Source: Octopus bimaculoides (Eukaryota). Taken from it: a DNA stretch of 64,000 nt. Below the pieces are notes generated by a model, which was given only the letters and a program-made list of their open reading frames with translations, was not told the origin of the DNA and did not search any database. The stretch covers positions 10,180,775 to 10,244,774 of the forward strand of contig NC_068995.1 of the NCBI RefSeq assembly GCF_001194135.2. The letters run 5' to 3'. Within the stretch, counting starts at the first letter, position 1. Each line of letters opens with the position of its first letter. The position numbers and the translations under genes were made by a program. Shown piece by piece: positions 1 to 12,571 of the stretch.

Positions 1-551
1 ATATATATATGACACTATTTATACAGTAGTCGCACATATCTATATATATTGTTATAACAGAGAAGCGGAGAAAAACATCAATATAAAGAAACGTGATTTT
101 TTTTTCTTCTTTTATCTCCATTAAACAAAGAGAGTTAATAGGTTGTAAGTTCTAATCTTGCTCGTGGCATTTCACTCTGTCTTGGGGCATGGCATTTAAC
201 TTCTTATAAATATTCACTTTCGTTGAAGTTAAATGGCCGCAAAAAGTCGAGACAAGAAAACCAGTAGTAGTAGTAGTAGTAGTAGAAAAGAGAGACATTA
301 GTGGATGTGATTGTAAATATGGCCGCCGTGTCTAAAATTACGTTCCAGTTGATACAGTGCTTTAGAAAAGTTGCTCTTAAGTGTAAATTCTAAAGAAAAG
401 ATACATAAAAACGTATGCAAGTACACATATACACACAAACATACACACAAACACACGCATACTCACACTGATATAGACAAAGACGCATGTACACAGACAC
501 AGATGTAGACGAAAGTCTTATTCATACATATTTGCGTTTGTTGGTGGCTGT

Positions 552-745
552 GCTTATATATATATATATTGAACGCTATTCAATTTTTTTTTCTCCGTGC
601 TTTTCTCCTTGTCTCCGTATTCTTTCTGTTGAAGAGCGTAGCTCGAAACGTCAAAGACTTTCCGTATTCCCGAGCGTCATACTAATATATACTTTTGTTA
701 TTTACACCACCTGTCCTCGTCTGTTATTATTTGTATATTCTCCCT
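552..745 (+). mobile_element. Short non-autonomous repeat (probably Penelope pLTR-derived) carrying a hammerhead-like motif; copy 1
   Basis: Homologous to 2484-2690 and 2721-2850 (shared TTTCTGTNGAAGAGCGTAGGCTCGAAACGT...ACTAATACATC); flanked by (TA)n. Confidence 0.7.
621..657 (+). ncRNA. Hammerhead-like motif, type I topology, non-canonical core
   Basis: TCTTT-CTGTTGAA-GAGC gta GCTC-GAAA-CG-TC-AAAGA: helix I 5 bp, helix II 4 bp, palindromic ACGT helix III; core deviates from CUGANGA. Confidence 0.45.
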
Positions 746-1240
746 TATATATATATATATAGATAGATAGATAGATGGATAGATAGATGGATACATAGAT
801 AGATGGATAGATAGATAGATGGATAGATAGATAGATGGATAGATAGATAGATATGGGTGTATGTGTTTAATATATATATGTATGTAGACATATGTATGCA
901 TGCATGTATATATGTATGTAGGCATGTATGAGAAAAGAGATAACAATGGAGTAACTGATTATCGTATCAGCTTCATTGGCTTGCAGCTGTTTACAGTTGT
1001 TTCAAATGTGGTGGACGCTCAAAGCTGGGTGCGTGGGTAACACTTTACTTTTCATCAGAGCCTCAATGCCTATACATATGTGCATCTGTTCGTTTGCGTA
1101 TGTGTGTGCTTGTATTTATCCACCCTCCTTCTGGATAGTACACCGATTTGACACAGGACCGCTCATTTTTGACAGCTGTGTGGACAAAAGCAACATGAAA
1201 TGAGGTGATTTTCTGAAGAACACAAGGTAAAAACCTATGG

Positions 1241-1302
<62 letters not shown>

Positions 1303-1390
1303 ATGTATGTATGGATATATGTATATGTATATATTCAAATATGCATAATATATATGTATACATAAATATATCTTTCTATCTACGGTTTAT

Positions 1391-1746
1391 GGCGCAGGTG
1401 TAGTTTTGTGGTAAGAAGCTTGCCTGCCAATCACATGGTTGTTGGTTAAATGCCACTGCGTGACACCTTGGGTAAGTGTCATCGGACTGACCAAAGCTTT
1501 CTGAGTGGGTTTGCTACACAGAAACTGAAAGACGTCCGTTGTATATATATATATATAAATTTATATATCGGTGTATTATATGTGTGTGTGTGTGTGTGTG
1601 TTGCCCCACTATTGCTTGATAGAATAAGGATTCGGTTTACAAAGAAGGCTTACAAAGTCCTGGGGGCGATTTCTTCGACTAAAACAGTTGAGGCTGAGCT
1701 CCAGCATGGCCGCAATGACTGAAACAAGTAAAAGAATAAAAGAATA
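1391..1746 (+). mobile_element. SINE family A (tRNA head, CORE-like segment, internal microsatellite, 3' tail), decayed full length
   Basis: GGCGCAGG...GTGGTAAG head, ACCTTGGGTAAGTGTC, 3' CTCCAGCATGGCCGCAATGACTGAAACAAGTAAAAGA; many homologues in the window. Confidence 0.9.
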
Positions 1747-2272
1747 GTGCATACACAATCATAGGGTGAGGGAGACTCAGTCAGAAACAGACTGGCCATG
1801 CCCACATGTAGCACATACAGTCACAAATATTGACGACTAAGTTTTGCCTATACGGTTTATATCCTGCCCAGCTATATGCGTTAAAGTTACAGTATACGAT
1901 TTGGAATTTCGCTAACTCAGCCACGAATATATATAAAATAATAATAATAATATTAGGGATAAAATCCAAAATTACAGGTTAAAACTCAATTAAAATCAAT
2001 TTATTAAAAATTAAAATTAAATTAAGTTTCACAGTATAAAATATATATAAATATATAGTTTTAGGGAAATGTATGTGTATATTTTCAATGTTTACAAATA
2101 GCACGGGAAAAGTAAATAAATAGCTACCAGTGTAGCAAAGATTCACATAGGTACCAAGGATGTAACAGCCTACTTGTAAAGGTAGAGATTCCATGTTTTG
2201 GTGAAATGATTTTGATTAACATAGATAAATAAATAAATGGAGTTAAACGCAGGTGTTATTCAAATCTTTATA

Positions 2273-2360
2273 CTTGCGACATATATTTCGAAGAAAACAT
2301 TGGTATTATTCCGGAAGGAATAAAATGATGAAAAACAATGCAATCTTCTCATCAGAGACA
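2273..2360 (-). ncRNA. Type I hammerhead ribozyme motif with extended helix II
   Basis: Reverse complement: CTGATGA-GAAGA...TCTTC-GAAA-T ATAT G-TC; intact core and GUC site, inner CATTG/CAATG and TTATTCC/GGAATAA stems; helix I poorly paired. Confidence 0.7.
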
Positions 2361-2483
2361 AAAAAAGAAGAGAAACAAAACATATCAATAAGACATTTTA
2401 ACTGAATGTGATTACTGTATATATGATAAAGTGAACGCTGGTACGTTATTTAAAAAAANNNNNNNNNNNNNNNNTATATATAT

Positions 2484-2850
2484 AATGATTGATCGCTAGC
2501 CACTAAACCCCTTTTTTTATATTTTCTCTCTCTGTTTATTTCTGTGTTCCTTTCTGTTGAAGAACGTAGGCTCGAAACGTAAAAGACTTTCTCACTTCCC
2601 GAATGTTAAACTAATACATCTGTTTGTTGTTTACACACCCATTTTCGTATTTTCTTTTGTTTGTTTGTTTGTTTGTTTTTTGTAAATTCCAACGATATAT
2701 ATATATATATATATATATATGATAGATCGCTAACCACTACAAACATTTTTTCTCTCCTTGTTTCTTTCTGTGTTCCTTTCTGTGGAAGAGCGTAGGCTCG
2801 AAACGTTACAGACTCAATTCCCATGCGTTATACTAATACATCTGTTTGTT
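2484..2850 (+). mobile_element. Head-to-tail dimer of the short hammerhead-like repeat (units start ~2484 and ~2721)
   Basis: Both units begin GATCGCTA.CCACTA and carry CTGTNGAAGA(G/A)CGTAGGCTCGAAACGT at 2554 and 2780; separated by (TA)n. Confidence 0.75.
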
Positions 2851-3877
2851 TTCTATGCATGTGCGTATGTGTGTATGTATCCGAATATGCATTTACACAC
2901 ATACGCATATACATATTCAGGCGTATATACGTGTGTGCATGAGTGCGTGTATGCGCATGTGTGTAAATGTATATCTGGATAAACACACACATACATACAC
3001 TCACACATATATACATACAAGCTCACACACAGCTACACCCAAACACATACGTTAATATATATATACATATATCTGTGTATATATGTGTGTGTGTGTGTGT
3101 GTGTGTGCGTGTGCGTGTGCGTGTGCGTGTGCGTGTGCGTGTGCGTGTGTGCGCGTGCGAATAACAAGATTGAACGGCAATGTCATTTCTGATTATTTTT
3201 CACTTTAACGACAAGATGTTTACAAATCGCTAATGATTTGTAAACATATCATCATTAAATTGAATAATAATAATTGAAAATGTTATTCTTCGCTTTTTCA
3301 AATATACACAGCTATATCAATGTTTTGTATCTCTGCAATAATTGTGAGTGAGGNNNNNNNNNNNNNNNNNNNNNNNNNNNNNNNNNNNNNNNNNNNNNNN
3401 NNNNNNNNNNNNNNNNNNNNNNNNNNNNNNNNNNNNNNNNNNNNNNNNNNNNNNNNNNNNNNNNNNNNNNNNNNNNNNNNNNNNNNNNNNNNNNNNNNNN
3501 NNNNNNNNNNNNNNNNNNNNNNNNNNNNNNNNNNNNNNNNNNNNNNNNNNNNNNNNNNNNNNNNNNNNNNNNNNNNNNNNNNNNNNNNNNNNNNNNNNNN
3601 NNNNNNNNNNNNNNNNNNNNNNNNNNNNNNNNNNNNNNNNNNNNNNNNNNNNNNNNNNNNNNNNNNNNNNNNNNNNNNNNNNNNNNNNNNNNNNNNNNNN
3701 NNNNNNNNNNNNNNNNNNNNNNNNNNNNNNNNNNNNNNNNNNNNNNNNNNNNNNNNNNNNNNNNNNNNNNNNNNNNNNNNNNNNNNNNNNNNNNNNNNNN
3801 NNNNNNNNNNNNNNNNNNNNNNNNNNNNNNNNNNNNATTATCCTGGTGGAAGAACAACTTGTGTCTTGAAATTAAGG

Positions 3878-4262
3878 ATGGCACTTTGGGCAAATGTCAT
3901 TTACTATAGCCTCGGAGCCTCAGACCGATCAAATTCTTGTGAGTAAAGTTGGTAGACGGAAACGGAAAGTAGCCCATCGTGTATATATATATGTATATAT
4001 ATATGTGTGTGTGTATGCGTGTGTGTGCGCACGCGCGTCTGTATGTGTTTGTGTATTTGCGTGTCTGTGTGTCCCCACACTATCGCCTGACAAACGATGT
4101 TCGTGTGTGTACGTTCCCGTAACTTAACGGTTCGGCTAAATAACCGATAGAATAAGTACTAGGCTTAGAAATAATAAGTCCTGGGGTCGAATTGTTCGAT
4201 TAAAGGCATTGCTCCTGCATGGCAGCAGTCCAATGACTGAAATAAGTTAAAGTCTAAAAGAA
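3878..4262 (+). mobile_element. SINE family A, 5'-truncated
   Basis: GGCACTTTGGGCAAATGTC...GGTAGACGGAAAC...microsatellite...ATAAGTACTAGGCTT...GCATGGCAGCAGTCCAATGACTGAAA. Confidence 0.9.
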
Positions 4263-4327
4263 GAAGAGAGGACATATATATTATATAATACGTAATATAC
4301 TATTTAACGATATATATCACTCCCTAC

Positions 4328-4358
<31 letters not shown>

Positions 4359-5202
4359 CATCTAAGTGTGCGCGTGCTAGTTTTTTTTGCGTGGGTGAAC
4401 GTGTTAATTACTGTGTGTACATGATACAAGCAGAATACCAATGTGTTCTACCAATCTAAAAAAATCTTCATATCTCAAGTGTTATCTACTGTTTATTTGA
4501 TTTTTCTCATAAAATTTTAATTTCTTTTAAAGATTTTTTCCGCTTCAATGCCATTTTATTTTATTATCATTATCATTATGATTATTATTAATTTTGTTCT
4601 TTTTGTTGAACCGTATTTGATAACTATGTTGACAACTCTCCATAGAATCGCATCTGATCTAATCTAAAAGCGAAACATTCGTCCTAATGAAAGCGTTTTA
4701 CTGTTGAAAATATTTCCGATATGATATACATTACATAAGAATTTTGAGAATTATTTACGGTTTATTTTGCTGTTTGTAAAACACATCATGTCGCTATTGT
4801 TACACGTTCTCATTCTCTCCCTGTTTCTAACTTCGTTTTGAAAGTTTTCATTAGTGATAATGTTTATCATCATCGCAAATCTTGTTTGACTGGATCTTAT
4901 ATAAATTTATTTCTATCGTCTACTCATGAATATAAACTACAGGAAATTATATAAAAAATTGCTTTGCGTCTAATCTGGCCACAAATTCTCACCTTTCTCT
5001 CTTCCTCTCTCTCTCTCTTCCTTCCCTTTATTTTTCTCTCTTTCTCTCGTATAATTCTCATAATTTTTTATGCACTTTTGACGAAAACTTATTTATTTCT
5101 AAATTACATTTAAATATATTTAAATGCGAATATTTTTTTTTTTTAACAGCTCTGAATCATTTCATTTGAAATCAGATCTATTAGTGCTTTTACTTTGATG
5201 TC

Positions 5203-5386
5203 TTTTCTATCACTCGTTTCATTCATTGGATTGCGACCATACCGGGATACCACCTTGAAGGGTTTTAATCCTAAAAATCGATCGCACAGCTTTTTAGGCA
5301 GGCTACTTATTTTATTCATATATCTCTTTGGGGTCGAACCACGAAATTACGGGAACACCGAGCCAAAACCAATTCTCAAGGTGTGG
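5203..5386 (-). mobile_element. SINE family A 3' part, decayed
   Basis: Reverse complement resembles the family A tail (GTTTCATTCATTGGATTGCGACCATAC...). Confidence 0.6.
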
Positions 5387-5527
5387 NNNNNNNNNNNNNN
5401 NNNNNNNNNNNNNNNNNNNNNNNNNNNNNNNNNNNNNNNNNNNNNNNNNNNNNNNNNNNNNNNNNNNNNNNNNNNNNNNNNNNNNNNNNNNNNNNNNNNN
5501 NNNNNNNTGTATATATATATATATATA

Positions 5528-5584
<57 letters not shown>

Positions 5585-5631
5585 GTATGCATGTGTGTGT
5601 GTGTGTAGACTGTATCTACATATTTATGTGT

Positions 5632-5808
5632 GTATCTTTGTGACTGTTTGCTCCCCTCCCACTACCAGCACCACCACCACCATTAGTTGACAACCGATTT
5701 TGGTTCGGTAAAAGAGACAGATAGAATAAGAACTAGGCTTGCAAAGAATAAGTCCTGAGGTCGATCTCTAAAAGAGGTGTTCCAGCATGGCCACAGTCAA
5801 ATAAAAGA

Positions 5809-5809
<1 letters not shown>
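5632..5809 (+). mobile_element. SINE family A 3' half
   Basis: TTGACAACCG...GGTTCGGTAAAAGAGACAGATAGAATAAG...TTCCAGCATGGCCACAGTC. Confidence 0.85.
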
Positions 5810-5840
<31 letters not shown>

Positions 5841-6877
5841 TCAGTAAATTATAAATCTGAAAAAGAAGCACGTTCTGGATTATAGAGCAGTAGAGTATAT
5901 AGATAAAGATAGGTATGGCCGGTGTATGGGGTTACCCGCGGTTTTCACGTCCATAAAGGGCTTAGTTTTACAGCCATAGGCCAACTGGTTTAGGACCTGA
6001 ATAAATGCTGTAAAAGCTGAGCGCTTTATGGACTCAAAACTCCGGGTAATCCCATAAATCGGCCACATTGACCGTTATCTACGTATATATATATATACAT
6101 ATATATATATATGTTTGTATGTATGTATATATTTGCTTTTTACTCTATACCTTTACAATAAGTAGTTTATTTCATACATGTGCGTATGTGAGCATTTTAT
6201 ATACATATTCTTTCTATACATTTACTATAATACATACATTCACACACACATACATACATACATGACTCACACACATTTACACGATTCCACCGAGTCTGGT
6301 AGCGGATGGCAGACAATATAATGCATTTTTCCAAAAAATGTCCTTTGTTTCTAGTAGTAGTAGTAGCAGCAGCAGCAGCAGCAGCAGCAGGAGAGGAGGA
6401 GGAGGAGGACGTGAATGAAGAAGAGGGGAGGGGTAGATGGTAGTGGTGGTGGTGCTGGTGCTGGAGGAGGAGGACGAGGAGGGTAGTGTCATATATCATT
6501 GCGATTCGTATTCATAAAGTCTGAGATTTATTCATTCCAAAGATAAAACATTTAGTAATATCATAGATAAGCATGATAGGAAGTAAGAAACCAAAAAACA
6601 AAAAACAAAAAAAGAAAGAGGGAAAAGAGATTATATAGTAGAACATATTTTTAGTATCGTTTGAAAGACGGTATTGTGGTTATAATCACCAAGATTATAC
6701 TTCTGGGTGTGATGAAGTCGCACGAACGCCGTTTCAAACTAATCTGTTGTCATTCATCACGGAGAAAACCATTTTGGGCATTTAATAACGCGCGTCTGCA
6801 TATGCATTCAGGTTTTAGTTGAATCTGTGGATCTGAAAATTGCATTCACTCTCTCTAGAATTTTATATATATATATA

Positions 6878-6959
<82 letters not shown>

Positions 6960-7281
6960 TATCATATATGTACATGTATATATTTATATATATGTATATA
7001 TACATATATATACTCGTATATACACACACACACATATACATATATATGCATATCCTTCTTACAAATATATATATGTGTCTTTACAGATAAATATATGGAA
7101 CTCACTATATGTGTTATAAATTTATTGAATATAGATGCTCTATATATACAATGTGAATATATGTATGTATGCGTGTGCATATATATATATATATATATAT
7201 ATGTAAAATATTTCCTTTTCAGGCAAGCTTGGGCTGGAGTCTAGGTGTGCTCTCACTGTGTTCATAGATCGTTCTTCTATT

Positions 7282-7365
7282 GTCACCTGATGTAAACGGT
7301 TTTTGGGCGCGATGTAATGTACTCATTTCTCTATTAAAAACGCGTTAGAAACAGCTGTAATGAAC
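7282..7365 (+). ncRNA. Type I hammerhead ribozyme motif with extended helix II (core A9 altered)
   Basis: TCAC-CTGATGT-AAACG...CGTTA-GAAA-C AGCT G-TA-ATGAA; palindromic AGCT loop on helix III; homologous to 28707-28791. Confidence 0.7.
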
Positions 7366-7469
7366 TGACATTTATCCACCGCTAGTTATTCATTTATTTG
7401 CCTATAATACACCAAATTTCCGACCCGTTGGAAATGTTGGTGTGTGTATGTGTACTTGCCAGTGTATAT

Positions 7470-7798
7470 ATGTAAAGAACCCTTTAGGTCATGGATGACC
7501 ATAGGATTGCACTTAAAAAGTTCCCCTCCTAGGCACAAATCCGGGAAAGGTTGTTTATGGAAGACTAGCAGTCGTCGACGCGTACTAGCTTCCCGTCCCC
7601 ACGCCACCGATGTTATCCAGGGGAAAGGCAAAGGGGCTGATGGGGATTGGCACCAGTGACGTCGCATCTCATTTTTAAAGAAGATTGAACTAAAGCAACG
7701 TGAATTAAAGTGTCTTGTTCAAGAAGGCTACACAGTCCAGTCCGGGAACAGAACTCACTGCCTTATGATTGTAACCCCGAAGCCCTAATCACTGAGAC
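7470..7798 (-). mobile_element. SINE family C (tRNA head), near full length
   Basis: Reverse complement has a tRNA-like head with B-box-like GAGTTCTGTTCC, then TTCTTGAACAAGACACTTTAATTCACGTTGC, shared with 55867-56005. Confidence 0.8.
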
Positions 7799-7854
7799 TT
7801 CTGTATATGTATGCCTGTATGTATGAGTGTATATAAGCATGGATAGCCTGTTTC

Positions 7855-8640
7855 ATAGACAACATCAACGATCATGCTCAGAGTGTCTGGAGGGACATTA
7901 AGATAAGACCAAACAATGGGTTTATACAAGGCACACGACAGAATTCAGCATGGGGGAATTTTCCATGAGGAAAGTAAAGGAAGTATTAACAAGAACATGA
8001 TGTACATCGGCACTAGACCCAAATGACGTCCCTTACACTGTATACAAGAACTGTCCAATGCTTCATCTAGTTTGAAGAGCCTTGGAGATGATTTAGAGCA
8101 GGGGTTTTCAAACTTTTCGACTTGCGGACCCCTTTATATTTCAGGCTTTACCTTAGGGACCCACTTATAAACACTTATGAAATTTATACATAAATATTTG
8201 CTTAAAATAACAGTTTTACATTTATTTATTTAACAGTATTTAACAAAATAGGTTTATTGTCAATTAAAAGATTTCGATTAAAAAACAAAATCAAATTGCC
8301 CATAAAAAGCATTTGCTGTCCACGGACCCCTGTCTTGTCCTTGCGGGCCCCCTGTGGTCCGCGGACCACAGTTTGAAAACCCCTAATTTAGAGAATAGAG
8401 AAAGTTGCTCTCTCATGGAGATACGCCGGAGAGATATATATTCATAAACTAGTAAAGACTGAGAATGTCAAGGAATTTTGTGTCGTATCTTCGCGCAGTG
8501 GGGAGAGTAGGATTCTCTTCAGCACACCCAAGATATATTTAATAATAAGGTAAATGTTTATTCTGGATTAGTTCTGCTAGACTACACATTGTGTGACAGA
8601 AGATTTAATCATCAATGCAGGATGTCCATGTTATTTATAA
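7855..8640 (+). pseudogene. Decayed non-LTR retrotransposon RT N-terminal fragment (HERO/NeSL-like), interrupted by a hAT MITE
   Basis: Translates SALDPNDVPYTVYKNCPML before and SWRYAGEIYIHK...ENVKEFCVVSSRSGESRILFS after the MITE; compare SAPGPNGVPYxVYKxCP and WRxAxGIYIPK...QFRPISLLNVEGKIFFS of RLE-type LINEs. Confidence 0.7.
8099..8385. mobile_element. hAT-family (Charlie-type) MITE, 287 bp
   Basis: TIRs CAGGGGTTTTCAAACT / AGTTTGAAAACCCCTA; perfect 8-bp TSD ATTTAGAG at 8091-8098 and 8386-8393. Confidence 0.95.
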
Positions 8641-9258
8641 AACCATAGAAGCTACAACACCCAAAATAATGGGGGCCATATTACGTATCATTCAAAAATC
8701 TGCTACGATTGGCAGATACAATTATAGAAGAGACTAGTATAGCGTTCGCTTCTATTTTTTTCCATTTTTTAAATTTTCTTTTATTTTATACATTTATTTA
8801 TCTATTTTCTTTTTTTATTATTTTTGCTTGGAACTATGCGTTTGTTTCCTGGAATTGCGTTGTGAGTTTATCGTTTCCTGCATATTTATAAGCACGTTAG
8901 GACTTAATATATACGCAAATCTGTCTGAGTAGTTGTCTTTGTTAGTTAGAGTGTCCCAAGGGATGAAAGGAGAGAGATAGAGAAAGAGGAATACTTGTGT
9001 TGAGAGAGAGAGATAGAAGTGAGAGTGTCTGTGTATAAGGGAAAGAAAGAGTGAGAGACGGAGGGAGAGAAAGAGTGAGAGACGGAGGGAGAGACGGAGC
9101 GGGGGAGGCGTAAAGACACATACACACAAAAATTGGTAGATGTGATACTCCCATATCTTTTGTTCGAGAAAATTTTATCCTTTAAAGTGGAATATATACA
9201 TTTGATATAAATAATATATCACACCCAAACACACACAGCTACATACATGTCAATGCGA

Positions 9259-9308
<50 letters not shown>

Positions 9309-10499
9309 GCGTGTTTGTGTGCATATATATCAATATATATATATATATATATATGCATATACATGTATGCAAATATATAAATTTAGGTATATATGCTCAT
9401 ATATATATGTTTATAAATGTGTGTGTATGTGCGTGTGTGGGTTTCGGGGGTGTGTGCGTTTGTGTATGCATAAATACAGACCTACCTACACACACACACA
9501 CACACACACGTTTATATATATATTCATTCATTCTCTATTTGAGAAATTTATTAATGTCTGCACGATTACAAATGGCGGTCTCTGCAGAACGTACGAATCC
9601 CCGCCTCATTAAATATGTGCATATTTCATGTATCATGCTACAAGTGAAAATATTTATATGTGTCTACGACATTCTGTAACAAGTCATTAACCATTAGTTT
9701 TAAGGAAAGGGAGTCAGGTCTCGCGTTTTAGTAAGGTCGATTCTGTTGATACTATCGTACCTCAATTGTACTTTATTTTATCGACCCTGGAACATTGAGA
9801 CGAGAAGTTTGTCTCGAGTCAGCGGTTCTCCTTATAACCATCATCGTTGTCGTCATCATCGCCACCATCATCATCATCAACTTCTTGATCATCAGCGACG
9901 GCACCGTCGTTGCAATTGTCATCGTCGTCGTGGTCGACGTTTGTCGTCGGCGTCGTCGTCATGGGCATCGTATTTATGTAGGAAAAAATCATGAAACTGA
10001 ATCTTTACAATTTCCCATTGGATAATGCTTCGATAAAACTAATCCATCATATCTCTCGGAGAGATTATTGTCGTAATTATAGACATAATTATATTAATAA
10101 ATAATAATAATAATAATAATAATAATTGTTATTATTATTATTCACGATATTGGATACTGTGCCACGTCTTCAATAATAATGGTTTAAAATTACTTATTAG
10201 AGTGGTAATGTTGATGATGATGATGACGACGATGTTGAAGAAATTCGCTGGTGCTAGTATCGCCCTCAGCGCCACTACCACCGCCACCACCATTACTACT
10301 ACTACTACTGCTTCTGCTGCTGCTGCTAATATTGCCTCATGTCTTTCATCTATATTTTCGTATCTCTGCTATTGTTTAAAACGAGTGGTCAGCCATTTTA
10401 GGAAAATTTTGGTAGCGTTGATGACTTACGGTTATTCGTGTAGAACATTCTGTAGCCTCTCAGACATACACGCATAAGTACACTCACGCGCACACACAG

Positions 10500-10530
<31 letters not shown>

Positions 10531-10541
10531 AATATATATAT

Positions 10542-10790
10542 AGGCGCAGGAGTGGCTGTGTGGTAAGTAGCTTACTTACCAACCACATGGTCCCGGGTTC
10601 AGTCCCACTGCATGGCACCTTGGGCAGGCGTCTTCTACTATAGCCCCTGGCCGACCAAAGCCATGTGAGTGGACTTGGTAGACGGAAACTGAAAGAAGCC
10701 GGTCGTATATATGTATATATATGTGTGTATGCGTGTGTGTGTTTGTGTTTGTCCACCTAGCAAGGCTTGACACCCGGGGTCGATATATAC
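10542..10790 (+). mobile_element. SINE family A 5' portion, well preserved
   Basis: A-box TGGCTGTGTGGT, B-box-like GGGTTCAGTCCC, GGCACCTTGGGCAGGCGTCTTCTACTATAGCC. Confidence 0.92.
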
Positions 10791-11045
10791 ATTTATACAT
10801 ATATAAACGTACATTTATATATGAATACTTACAGACACACACACCCATGCAGACATACATACATACATAACAACAGAAGCAGTGCTTTTATCCACCACGA
10901 GTCCTTATGAGAGATCTTCTCAAGGTAGACAACTCAGTTTACTCTAGTTTGGCATAACCTCCACATTAAGTCAAGGATCAAGATTATCTTTTCGAATTAA
11001 TACTGCATGTCATCACACCAGGCTATGCGTCTCGGAATACCTACG

Positions 11046-11088
<43 letters not shown>

Positions 11089-12476
11089 NNNNNNNNNNNN
11101 NNNNNNNNNNNNNNNNNNNNNNNNNNNNNNNNNNNNNNNNNNNNNNNNNNNNNNNNNNNNNNNNNNNNNNNNNNNNNNNNNNNNNNNNNNNNNNNNNNNN
11201 NNNNNNNNNNNNNNNNNNNNNNNNNNNNNNNNNNNNNNNNNNNNNNNNNNNNNNNNNNNNNNNNNNNNNNNNNNNNNNNNNNNNNNNNNNNNNNNNNNNN
11301 NNNNNNNNNNNNNNNNNNNNNNNNNNNNNNNNNNNNNNNNNNNNNNNNNNNNNNNNNNNNNNNNNNNNNNNNNNNNNNNNNNNNNNNNNNNNNNNNNNNN
11401 NNNNNNNNNNNNNNNNNNNNNNNNNNNNNNNNNNNNNNNNNNNNNNNNNNNNNNNNNNNNNNNNNNNNNNNNNNNNNNNNNNNNNNNNNNNNNNNNNNNN
11501 NNNNNNNNNNNNNNNNNNNNNNNNNNNNNNNNNNNNNNNNNNNNNNNNNNNNNNNNNNNNNNNNNNNNNNNNNNNNNNNNNNNNNNNNNNNNNNNNNNNN
11601 NNNNNNNNNNNNNNNNNNNNNNNNNNNNNNNNNNNNNNNNNNNNNNNNNNNNNNNNNNNNNNNNNNNNNNNNNNNNNNNNNNNNNNNNNNNNNNNNNNNN
11701 NNNNNNNNNNNNNNNNNNNNNNNNNNNNNNNNNNNNNNNNNNNNNNNNNNNNNNNNNNNNNNNNNNNNNNNNNNNNNNNGTGTATATATATATACATGTA
11801 CACATAGGTACGTATATATATATATATATATTTTTTTCATACGTACATATATAATTTTCGGCATTTAAGTCTATACGTATTTGTAAATATTGGTAAAGAT
11901 CGGTAAAGACTTACATTCATGTTTTGGGGGTGATTTTTGTGGAGGGGGGGTATGTAAGTTTGTGTACCATGAGAAAAGAATTTCTTGACATTTACGATAG
12001 TTTCTTTCATAGTAGAATTGGCAATATTATGTTTTTAATCTTATTTATTTTATCTTTGTTCGTCTTTTTTTTGTGTGCGTGTGTGTGTATGCCTTGTCTG
12101 GGAAACAATAATGATATTAAAGTATTAGTTTTCTTAGAAAGCGCGCAGTAGAGCAATGTTAGGAGGAGAAAGGATTACGAGAGAGATAGGTTTGAGGTTT
12201 GAAGAAAAAGAAAAATAAGTATGTGAAGAAGTGTAAAAGGTCGTGGAGAGGAGGATAGCGATTGGTCATTTCGGAGTCCGTAGTTTCGTAAACAACTTCA
12301 CTCAATAACAATATATTCGTACGTATTTGTATATAAAGACATATACAGAGAAACACAATGTAATCACACATCCAAACATTCGCATGCGCTAACACGCATA
12401 CATTCACTTACTCTATATACATACACAAAGAGTCAAAGAGGAAGTGAACTAACCACATGAGTTCATATATGCATAT

Positions 12477-12571
<95 letters not shown>

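Noticed and set aside
3836-3893. KLFFHQDN resembling the mariner catalytic motif
   Set aside because: Only a few codons next to a gap; the first part overlaps SINE A in antisense and the far side of the gap does not continue a transposase.
4650-4690. CTGATCT...GAAAC-ATTC-GTC hammerhead-like string
   Set aside because: G8/A9 missing, no helix I or II pairing.
6709-6840. C/D-box snoRNA (GTGATGA...CTGA)
   Set aside because: No terminal stem; the GTGATGAA/TTCATCAC match is only 8 bp.
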